Positions 1-6,337 of a DNA stretch of 57,089 nt are shown in pieces. Origin of the DNA: a virus; IMG/VR virus record IMGVR_UViG_3300025867_000001, one strand, 5' to 3'. Within the stretch, counting starts at the first letter, position 1. The number at the start of each line of letters is the position of its first letter. Under the pieces are notes generated by a model. The model was not told the origin of the DNA and ran no database searches. It worked only from the letters and a program-made list of their open reading frames with translations. The position numbers were made by a program, and so were the translations under genes.

Positions 1-127
1 GTTCCGTCCTTAGAATACTTCCTCTCTAACCAGTTTTCCAACGCGTTTCCCACCGGTTCAGAGATTCCACCTAGGTAAGAATCGTCATACTGCAACACTT
101 TTAAGTTCCCAACAAGCTTCCAAAAGA
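1..127. repeat. Terminal direct repeat copy A, identical to 56963..57089. Most likely an assembly overlap of a circular or circularly permuted genome.
   Basis: Bases 1-127 match 56963-57089 base for base. 127 is a common maximum assembler k-mer length. Confidence 0.95.
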
Positions 128-458
128 GGTCCGTCCTGCTCCACTTATCAGCGTATTGGCCTCCCCAAAGCTGCGAATGGATGCGTTCTGACAAGCCTAT
201 AAGAACTTCCAAAACTCTCGGACACCCGAAATCCGACTCCAATCCGGTCTCAGCAGACCACTTTTCACGATATGCTAAACCGTCTTTCCCCCTGTCTTCA
301 TCATGCGGAATCAGCGAGTAGAACTCCTTTTCCCAAAATTTTTGGAGCAATCTGGTATACTTGGCATCCTTACACTTACAAAAATTATCGGTCAACCAGT
401 CCAAATATAACGCCTCATCATCCATCAGCCAGTCCAAATATAACGATTCTTTACCCAT
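1..458 (-). CDS. Hypothetical protein, N-terminal part of a gene that crosses the contig junction. The joined gene is 185 aa and its C-terminal part lies at 56863..57089.
   Basis: ATG at 458-456 follows AAAGGAG (470-464). The frame is open to base 1, and joining it through the 127-bp overlap gives 558 nt in frame (MGKESLYLDWLMDDEALYLDWL...VREEWPL). Confidence 0.7.
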   Translation of the reverse strand, partial: MGKESLYLDWLMDDEALYLDWLTDNFCKCKDAKYTRLLQKFWEKEFYSLIPHDEDRGKDGLAYREKWSAETGLESDFGCPRVLEVLIGLSERIHSQLWGGQYADKWSRTDLFWKLVGNLKVLQYDDSYLGGISEPVGNALENWLERKYSKDG

Positions 459-500
459 TTAGGCTCCTTTCTACCGTCAAAAAAGAAAGGCCGTGAGGGC

Positions 501-530
501 CCTTCTCATTATATTCCATGATTTTATTGG
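501..530 (-). promoter_or_regulatory. Promoter-like motif, a family member lacking the upstream TCGCA element.
   Basis: Minus strand reads CCAATAAAATCATGGAATATAATGAGAAGG. It has a perfect TATAAT (513-508) followed by GAGAAG, upstream of the junction-spanning gene. Confidence 0.4.
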
Positions 531-1381
531 TCCATTATCTGTTTCATCCGAGCTTTTCGATTGAATTCCCGCTCGCGGTCTGTGCCGATAAAGCCGGCAA
601 CGACCTCCGAATATGCCTGCGGAACCGAATGAATTTCGTACATAGTCTTCAATTTATCGTTGCGGACCCAGGCATTTGTCTGTCTGAAGAACACTTTTTC
701 CCACTCGTAGCCTATCAAATCCTCATATTCATCAATGATTTTGTCGTCTTCGTCACATAAAACGGCATCCTCATTGTAGAAAAACAGCGCTTCCCGCTCA
801 TATTTCGGCTCATTTTCCTCAAAATCATCATAATCGATGAGGTACGGGGTGTCGCTGTGCTTCTCTGCCCAGTCAGCGGCTTCGTGCATCGTCTGAGAAT
901 CGAGCCCTATTTTTTCAACATCTTCCGAAGACTCTTCAATATCGCCTTCATCTTCTTCCGAATCTTCTTCCATCCCGATGTCTTCATCATATATTCCATC
1001 CTCCTCAAGTTGTTTTTTGATTTTTTCTGCCATGGCTTTAAGCTCGGGTTTAACTTTATTGTAGCTGATAATGGGTTTTCCTTTGTCCTGACCCGCGTAT
1101 AAGGTCTGATTTACAAGCGTATTCAGATGCTCGAGCGACTCTTGCTGGTCCTTTTCAAAGGTTTCTCTATCCTCAACCTCAGAAATATAAAACTCCGAGT
1201 CGGGCTCCATTTCGGATTTTCCTTCACCATTTTGCCTTTTTAGCCCCTGTAATTGCTCTTTTACCTCATCCAAATCTCTTTGGTATGAGGCTTCGAGCTG
1301 CTTTTTGCACCATAAATATCCCACTCCAAATCCCAAACCGAGCATTCCGAGTGAGAATATCCCAAAAGTAATCTTTGACAT
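524..1381 (-). CDS. Hypothetical membrane-anchored, very acidic protein.
   Basis: 285-aa ORF with an N-terminal hydrophobic helix (ITFGIFSLGMLGLGFGVGYLW) and long D/E-rich stretches. I recognise no family. Confidence 0.7.
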   Translation of the reverse strand: MSKITFGIFSLGMLGLGFGVGYLWCKKQLEASYQRDLDEVKEQLQGLKRQNGEGKSEMEPDSEFYISEVEDRETFEKDQQESLEHLNTLVNQTLYAGQDKGKPIISYNKVKPELKAMAEKIKKQLEEDGIYDEDIGMEEDSEEDEGDIEESSEDVEKIGLDSQTMHEAADWAEKHSDTPYLIDYDDFEENEPKYEREALFFYNEDAVLCDEDDKIIDEYEDLIGYEWEKVFFRQTNAWVRNDKLKTMYEIHSVPQAYSEVVAGFIGTDREREFNRKARMKQIMDQ

Positions 1382-1399
1382 CGTCTTGTTACTCCTTTT

Positions 1400-1753
1400 C
1401 TATTCAATATAAATTGCATTTTGGTAAAATCCGAGCTGTTCTTCTTCCCATCGGTCCCATAACTCACGAATATCACAGTCTTGCGGGCACCATAGGCATC
1501 TGTGAGTGCACAATTGCTCTTCAGTTTCCGAGTCAGGGTAATACAAAGCGCATATTTCACCCCGACGATCGATCATATAACTCGATTTTTGTTGCTTTTT
1601 CCATAAATCGAGCTGAACCGTACTGAAATAGCTGTGCAAATCATCCAAAACATTGCCGTTTTCGTCGGCGAATCGATTAATTGAAGGATAAAAGAACAAA
1701 GCATTAGTGACCTCTAGCGGATTTGTCGGCTCGTACGACAAAATATAACTCAC
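1400..1753 (-). CDS. Hypothetical protein with a Cys-rich C-terminus.
   Basis: 117-aa ORF containing CTHRCLWCPQDC. Its start overlaps the stop of the upstream FEN gene. Confidence 0.6.
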   Translation of the reverse strand: MSYILSYEPTNPLEVTNALFFYPSINRFADENGNVLDDLHSYFSTVQLDLWKKQQKSSYMIDRRGEICALYYPDSETEEQLCTHRCLWCPQDCDIRELWDRWEEEQLGFYQNAIYIE

Positions 1754-2640
1754 TTCATCTCCTCCAGCAATCGCTTGATTTCAAGCAAAATTCTCTCATC
1801 AATATCACTGAGTTCGTCCAATTCCGCCATTGAAATCGGGCCATATCCATTTTTGGAAAACTGACGGAAATCTGCAGGTCGGATTGGTAAATTTATGTTT
1901 AATTCAATTAATTGAAGAGCCTTAATATAGTCTTCCATGCCCTGCTGGCCTGCAATCTCCCAAATATCCTCCTCGACTGATCCAGCATTGATAGCGATTC
2001 GAGCCTTGACCGGCCCAAAACCTGTAACGCCTTTGATGTTGTCAGAGGTATCTCCCCAAAGAGCCTTCCAGATGGGAAAATCCGCAACCGGAATATCATA
2101 CTCTTTCTCAAACCATTGGCGGTCAAACCTCTTACCTTCGCGCCAAATGGTCACTCGATCCCATGCTAACAGCTGCTGAAGATCACGATCACCCGAGAAT
2201 ATCACGATATCGGTCGTATACCCGTCTGCGCAATGACAATTTGTGCACTTTGTCTTGCAGTAGCACCTATGGCAAGTAGTAGCTACAATACTTGCAATGC
2301 AGTCATCCGCCTCATACCCTGGATAAGAGATAAGGGCCCAGTTAAGCCTCTGCAGTAGGTCACATAGGCCCTGTCTGTACTGACGGAATTCTTCATTTTT
2401 ATTGGGTACTCTGTTCGACTTGTATGCCGGATCGATTTTCTTGCGCTCGAGTGGAACCCGTGACTCCCCACAAAATATCAATTCGATGGGGACATTGGGC
2501 TGCTTTACTTTATGCACGCAGGCTCTGAGCATATCGAAGAATCGAGCATAGGCGACCCACGTTTTGTCTACGCTCGAAAACCAGCTTCGATACATCGTAT
2601 TTGACCAGTCGACCAGAATCAGGGTCTTTGTGGTATTCAT
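1750..2640 (-). CDS. 5'-3' exonuclease / flap endonuclease (PIN-like, Pol I N-terminal / T5 D15 type).
   Basis: Motifs seen: LILVDWSNTMYRS, YKSNR, GYEADD, SGDRDLQQL and the H3TH-like GDTSDNIKGVTGFGPVKA. Confidence 0.85.
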   Translation of the reverse strand: MNTTKTLILVDWSNTMYRSWFSSVDKTWVAYARFFDMLRACVHKVKQPNVPIELIFCGESRVPLERKKIDPAYKSNRVPNKNEEFRQYRQGLCDLLQRLNWALISYPGYEADDCIASIVATTCHRCYCKTKCTNCHCADGYTTDIVIFSGDRDLQQLLAWDRVTIWREGKRFDRQWFEKEYDIPVADFPIWKALWGDTSDNIKGVTGFGPVKARIAINAGSVEEDIWEIAGQQGMEDYIKALQLIELNINLPIRPADFRQFSKNGYGPISMAELDELSDIDERILLEIKRLLEEMK

Positions 2641-3638
2641 CTCATTTCTTCGCGGACAGCATTGATATCAAATATCGAGCCATCAATATTGAAATCCAGT
2701 ATGACGCTGTCGCCGTCCTTACCAGTTGCCCAATTTCCATCAATACCAGCAGGCTGGAAAGATATATAGTTGTCACCACGAGCAGACTTATATCGCCATC
2801 CCGCTATCATTCCCGCATCTGTGCGAGGGAATCCCAGCTCGTCGTAGACGTCGTTCATTGTCACGAATCCTTTGGACACGAGCATATCATTGAAATATGA
2901 CTCCTTTGCCTGCAGGAAGGACAGGTTGTAATCATGCACAGGACTCCACTGAGTCGATCCTGTCCACCCGCCGTATTGATCAGGCTTGTCGGGCTCAAAT
3001 ACTCGAGCGAAGCCACTCAGTTTGATTCCAGGAACGATTTCTTCTTTCTCTGTCTTAACTTTCTTTTTCTTACCGGTTTCTTCATCCGTCACAGTCTCTT
3101 CGTTGGCCACTGTCTCGGTGCCGTAACGGAAGTGCGCATCTTTGGCTTCACCGAGTTCGCCAACGACATGCTGACGATATTCATTGAATGCCTGCTCAAC
3201 GACTTTGTATGCCGCCATGAGCGCGACGTTACGTTTTGCCATGATTTTATGCGCACCCAGGATGCAGCCTATGGAGGCGCCCATAAGGGTCACAGAAGGC
3301 CCGTAGAGCTTCACAAAGCCGATTACTGTCTGGGTTGTGATTAATATACGGTCCTGCTTTGCGTCGTCCTGAGAGTAGTCTACGAGGCTCCTGGAGCCTT
3401 CCAGAACTGGTTCATTGGCCATCTCGAGTGCTTCGTTGACTTTGCCCATCTCGAGTGCTTCGTTGACTTTGCCCATCTTGTCGTTATGTGTATCCAAGAG
3501 CGCCTCACATTTGAGGGTTGCTTTGCATGCCAGAACGGTGCTTCCAACTACACCTACAATACCCACTCCCATGAGAATCTCAGGTGAGTATTTCTTTAAG
3601 GTGAATACAATTGATCCACCGATTGCTTTAATATTCAT
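2637..3638 (-). CDS. Membrane-anchored hypothetical protein, paralog of 15308..16039.
   Basis: Shares an N-terminal TM segment (YSPEILMGVGIVGVVGSTVLACKAT vs NSPQILTGLGCAGVVTTAILAVKAT) and an RN(V/A)AL.A.Y...E.AF.EY core with the other copy. Confidence 0.75.
   Translation of the reverse strand: MNIKAIGGSIVFTLKKYSPEILMGVGIVGVVGSTVLACKATLKCEALLDTHNDKMGKVNEALEMGKVNEALEMANEPVLEGSRSLVDYSQDDAKQDRILITTQTVIGFVKLYGPSVTLMGASIGCILGAHKIMAKRNVALMAAYKVVEQAFNEYRQHVVGELGEAKDAHFRYGTETVANEETVTDEETGKKKKVKTEKEEIVPGIKLSGFARVFEPDKPDQYGGWTGSTQWSPVHDYNLSFLQAKESYFNDMLVSKGFVTMNDVYDELGFPRTDAGMIAGWRYKSARGDNYISFQPAGIDGNWATGKDGDSVILDFNIDGSIFDINAVREEMR
3420..3473. repeat. Perfect 27-bp tandem duplication (2 copies plus a partial third) inside the CDS 2637..3638.
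   Basis: catctcgagtgcttcgttgactttgcc occurs at 3420-3446 and 3447-3473. It is in frame and duplicates the peptide EMGKVNEAL. Confidence 0.95.
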
Positions 3639-3661
3639 TATTCTCTCCTTTTTAAATATAA

Positions 3662-3781
3662 TTAGTCGTCTTTACTACTATTCCGCATCTCACGGACAAA
3701 TATCCAGATAAGCCAGAGTCCACCAGTGATAGAGCACATGAACAAGTCAAATAGAAAGCTTCCGATTGTGTATTGCCTCAT
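3662..3781 (-). CDS. Small membrane peptide (39 aa), below the ORF-track size cutoff.
   Basis: GAAAGGAG lies 5 nt upstream of ATG 3781. Product: MRQYTIGSFLFDLFMCSITGGLWLIWIFVREMRNSSKDD. The stop abuts the RBS of the next gene. Confidence 0.5.
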   Translation of the reverse strand: MRQYTIGSFLFDLFMCSITGGLWLIWIFVREMRNSSKDD

Positions 3782-3852
3782 TTTAATCTCCTTTCTTCAA
3801 AAATATAAAAGGAAGATACTTGTTTTCACAAATATCTGCCAAACGCCGAATG

Positions 3853-4104
3853 TTATTTCGTTTCGTCTTCGGTTTTCGTTTCGGTGTCTTCACCATCCTC
3901 ATCATCAGACTCTTCCAGTCGCTCTTCGGCGATGGTTTGTTTCTTGCTTCCAAGGACTATTGCCCCCAGAACCAATCCTATTACCACGCCACCTGCGATT
4001 AAAAGTTTCTTCTTTATGGATTTTTTCGGTTTTTCCACCTCCACAATTATTTCCGTATCCGCTTCTTCCTCATTAAGGTCTATGCCGATTTCTTCGTTTT
4101 CCAC
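3853..4104 (-). CDS. Small single-pass membrane protein with acidic N- and C-terminal tails.
   Basis: The track ORF starts at 4140, but that ATG is inside the TATAATG promoter box. GTG 4104 follows AAGGAGG with 8-nt spacing. TM segment: LLIAGGVVIGLVLGAIVLG. Confidence 0.6.
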   Translation of the reverse strand: MENEEIGIDLNEEEADTEIIVEVEKPKKSIKKKLLIAGGVVIGLVLGAIVLGSKKQTIAEERLEESDDEDGEDTETKTEDETK

Positions 4105-4133
4105 TATAATATCCTCCTTATAATTTTTATATG

Positions 4134-4163
4134 TTCTCATTATAGTCTATGTTTTTTTCGCGA
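4134..4163 (-). promoter_or_regulatory. Promoter-like motif (phage consensus).
   Basis: Minus strand reads TCGCGAAAAAAACATAGACTATAATGAGAAC. TATAAT at 4144-4139 overlaps the stop of the upstream gene. Confidence 0.5.
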
Positions 4164-4334
4164 TTCTTCGACTATGCTATCACATAGAATATATACGATA
4201 AACACCATCGGATACCAAAATAGTATATTCGTCAGGAGCACTAGTGTATCCCATTCTGCCACCAAATAGATTGTACCGCAATAACAGCCTATCAAGACAA
4301 TTAATGCTAACGCACGAATGGCGCACTTTTTCAT
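4140..4334 (-). CDS. Small membrane protein (64 aa).
   Basis: ATG 4334 follows AAAAGGAGAA. The longer track ORF (to 4370) would run into a terminator hairpin. Two hydrophobic segments. Confidence 0.6.
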   Translation of the reverse strand: MKKCAIRALALIVLIGCYCGTIYLVAEWDTLVLLTNILFWYPMVFIVYILCDSIVEESRKKHRL

Positions 4335-4366
4335 AATAATTCTCCTTTTAATTAGCAATCGCGTAA

Positions 4367-4390
4367 GCAAAAAGGGATCGAATGATCCCT
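4367..4390 (-). terminator. Rho-independent terminator.
   Basis: Minus strand: AGGGATC-ATTC-GATCCCT followed by TTTTGC. Confidence 0.65.
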
Positions 4391-4401
4391 GTGAATTTGT
4401 A

Positions 4402-4479
4402 TTACTTTTTCGAATTATCTTGCTTGACGTATCTTACGATCAAGTATATAATTGCTAAAGCGATTACTAATTCAAGCAT
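4402..4479 (-). CDS. Possible 25-aa hydrophobic peptide, translationally coupled to the upstream gene.
   Basis: Its ATG overlaps the upstream stop (GATGCTTGA). Product: MLELVIALAIIYLIVRYVKQDNSKK. It is very short, so this is tentative. Confidence 0.3.
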   Translation of the reverse strand: MLELVIALAIIYLIVRYVKQDNSKK

Positions 4480-4663
4480 CTTTCTTACCCTCTTTCTTGA
4501 GTTCAACACTCACACTCTTTGTTGATTTATTTCTCTGTAGTTCCTCTACCAGGCCATCAAGCGTAAGGCATATTCCGATGGCTATCGCGACTCCAAATAT
4601 CGAGCCGAAATAACCTCCTATTAATACTGCCAACGCCATTATCCCGAAGCTAAACTTCTTCAT
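4472..4663 (-). CDS. Small membrane protein (63 aa).
   Basis: RBS TAGGAG. TM segment: FSFGIMALAVLIGGYFGSIFGVAIAIGICL. Confidence 0.65.
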   Translation of the reverse strand: MKKFSFGIMALAVLIGGYFGSIFGVAIAIGICLTLDGLVEELQRNKSTKSVSVELKKEGKKDA

Positions 4664-4692
4664 AATAACATCTCCTAAATATAATTAAGTAT

Positions 4693-4722
4693 CTCTCATT
4701 ATAGAGGATGTTATTTTTGCGA
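4693..4722 (-). promoter_or_regulatory. Promoter-like motif (phage consensus).
   Basis: Minus strand: TCGCAAAAATAACATCCTCTATAATGAGAGA, directly after the terminator at 4723-4744. Confidence 0.55.
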
Positions 4723-4744
4723 GAAAAGGAGAGCCGAAGCTCTC
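4723..4744 (-). terminator. Rho-independent terminator.
   Basis: Minus strand: GAGAGC-TTCG-GCTCTC followed by CTTTTCT. Confidence 0.65.
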
Positions 4745-4747
4745 TAG

Positions 4748-4894
4748 TCATTTAAGAAGTTCTCGTATAATCTTGTACGTAATGTATATGATTCCTCCTA
4801 TCCATAATATCCCGACTAATGCCGGAATTATTGTAGCTACGAGCAAATATAACAATACTGCCAAGACGACGAAACTTAAAATCGTCATGAGCAT
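4748..4894 (-). CDS. Small membrane peptide (48 aa), below the ORF-track cutoff.
   Basis: AAAAGGAG lies 7 nt upstream of ATG 4894. Product: MLMTILSFVVLAVLLYLLVATIIPALVGILWIGGIIYITYKIIRELLK. Confidence 0.5.
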   Translation of the reverse strand: MLMTILSFVVLAVLLYLLVATIIPALVGILWIGGIIYITYKIIRELLK

Positions 4895-4898
4895 TTTC

Positions 4899-5081
4899 TT
4901 ACTCCTTTTTTCTTACCTTGGCTTTGAGTTCCTCGACCTTAGATTTCGCTTTTACACAAATTGTGTCTCTTAGCTCAGGATTATTGGCTATAATTGTTGC
5001 CGTGCCTATTATGACGGGCCCCAATATGCCAGTAATCCAGAGTCTAATTTCACGACTTGCTTCAATTTGCTTATAAGTCAC
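4899..5081 (-). CDS. Small membrane protein (60 aa, GTG start).
   Basis: GGAGGTG RBS. TM segment: LWITGILGPVIIGTATIIA. Confidence 0.6.
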   Translation of the reverse strand: MTYKQIEASREIRLWITGILGPVIIGTATIIANNPELRDTICVKAKSKVEELKAKVRKKE

Positions 5082-5102
5082 GAGTTTTCACCTCCAATAT
5101 AA

Positions 5103-5132
5103 TTCTCATTATAGGCTAAGATATAAATGAAA
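5103..5132 (-). promoter_or_regulatory. Promoter-like motif, a weaker upstream match.
   Basis: Minus strand: TTTTTCATTTATATCTTAGCCTATAATGAGAAT, directly after a hairpin terminator. Confidence 0.45.
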
Positions 5133-5146
5133 AAGGCCAGAGGCCT
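5131..5146 (-). terminator. Short hairpin plus T-tract terminator.
   Basis: Minus strand: AGGCC-TCT-GGCCT followed by TTTTC, just after stop codon 5155-5157. Confidence 0.5.
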
Positions 5147-5154
5147 AGGTTTCC

Positions 5155-5418
5155 CTAGACCTCTATTCCCATTAACCATAATCCGTTCATTGTTGCCCAA
5201 TATTTTTCATAAACATCTTGCCTTAAATCTTGGTCTGTCGGAAATTCTTCGTACATGACAATTGCCAGCGCAAGACTTTTCACTTGATATAATTTTGTTA
5301 CGATTCTTTCATCGAATACGCCATACCTTTCAAGTTGTTAAGTCTTTAGCTTATGTAGTTGTTCCTGTATGTCAGTGACATCCGTTTCGCAGATTCTTAC
5401 AAATAAGTTCTTTTCCAT
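5155..5418 (-). pseudogene. 87-codon reading frame interrupted by one in-frame TAA (5340-5338). It could be a nonsense-disrupted gene, a readthrough candidate, or only a 26-aa peptide.
   Basis: ATG 5418 has a GGAGGC RBS. Reading: MEKNLFVRICETDVTDIQEQLHKLKT-TAA-QLERYGVFDERIVTKLYQVKSLALAIVMYEEFPTDQDLRQDVYEKYWATMNGLWLMGIEV-TAG. The second part has no SD or start of its own. Confidence 0.45.
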
Positions 5419-5445
5419 TTTATTAGCCTCCAATATAATGATTAT

Positions 5446-5476
5446 TTCTCATTATAGGGTAAGATTTTACTGCTAA
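5446..5476 (-). promoter_or_regulatory. Promoter-like motif, a weaker upstream match.
   Basis: Minus strand: TTAGCAGTAAAATCTTACCCTATAATGAGAAA. Confidence 0.45.
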
Positions 5477-5934
5477 AATATCACGACGTACTGATTCGGC
5501 GAGGCAAGAAATACACCCAGATGCTTGTTATAAACTTTGGGCATATTCGGAATATAACGACCAAACTTGACGAGAATTTGCCCACGATATCTTTGAGCTG
5601 CTTGGATGAAGCTGTCGCTTGTGATACTAATATCATACCCGGTATATATGATTATTGGAGTATCCTGCCCCCGAGCAACTCCTGCATCAATAAAGCTTAC
5701 AACTTCGTCCATATTGCAGAAAGGCTCTAATCCTCCCATAACAATTGCGCTTGTTATGGCGTTTTTCTCATACCTTCCCCAAATTTCTTCATCCGGGAAA
5801 TTTTTGGTTTCCAATTCGGCAAGATGTGTATTCTGACAGCCTTTGCATTTCCAAGTACATTCGGGAACGACCAGAAGCATTGATGCCTGTTTGTAATCGC
5901 CAAAACTTTCGTCAATTATTTGTTTTAGATGCAT
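5473..5934 (-). CDS. nrdG: Anaerobic ribonucleotide reductase activating protein (radical SAM).
   Basis: CxxxCxxC cluster in VVPECTWKCKGCQN, small size (153 aa), and position just downstream of nrdD. Confidence 0.8.
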   Translation of the reverse strand: MHLKQIIDESFGDYKQASMLLVVPECTWKCKGCQNTHLAELETKNFPDEEIWGRYEKNAITSAIVMGGLEPFCNMDEVVSFIDAGVARGQDTPIIIYTGYDISITSDSFIQAAQRYRGQILVKFGRYIPNMPKVYNKHLGVFLASPNQYVVIF

Positions 5935-6325
5935 TCGAGACCTCCTTGGCCTCCTTGGCGTTCAAGAAATCTAATGCTCCACGATAGTTATAGAGCATCC
6001 CGGAAGGGGTCATTAGAACCGGTAATTCCACGACGCCGTCCGGATACTCTGTTGACTCGACGTAATTTTTTTCCATTCGGTCGAGTTCTTTTTTCAAGAT
6101 GTTGCAGCGAGGACAGCCCTCGCGCGTAAATATAATATAGTCCGCTGGAATCTTTGTATATAATCCACAAGTACAATCGCCCATAAACTGATCCCGGAAT
6201 TCTTGACAAGGGCATTTAGTAGTCACATCATGGTTAGGCTTGCATAAGCAAAAACCTCCGTTTTTATGCATGACTTCTTCAAGAACCTCGGCTCCAGGTA
6301 ATTTTTTGATTATACTAGTTTCCAT
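5912..6325 (-). CDS. Fusion of a Cys-rich domain (ferredoxin-thioredoxin-reductase-like) with a glutaredoxin/NrdH-like domain.
   Basis: N-terminal part: CLCKPNHDVTTKCPCQEFRDQFMGDCTCGLY. C-terminal part has a thioredoxin-fold CPRC motif (IIFTREGCPRCNILKKEL). Confidence 0.55.
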   Translation of the reverse strand: METSIIKKLPGAEVLEEVMHKNGGFCLCKPNHDVTTKCPCQEFRDQFMGDCTCGLYTKIPADYIIFTREGCPRCNILKKELDRMEKNYVESTEYPDGVVELPVLMTPSGMLYNYRGALDFLNAKEAKEVSNASKTNN

Positions 6326-6337
6326 TTATAAACTCCT

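Noticed and set aside
396-445. A 17-bp exact direct repeat (ccagtccaaatataacg) spaced 33 bp apart.
   Set aside because: It lies in frame within the junction-spanning CDS and simply encodes a duplicated LYLDWL peptide. It is not a regulatory repeat.
487-504. A hairpin plus T-tract directly downstream of the promoter-like motif at 501-530, which could be a terminator.
   Set aside because: The promoter-then-hairpin order is opposite to the other cassettes, and the stem is imperfect. Its function (leader structure or leaky terminator) is ambiguous, so it was not called.
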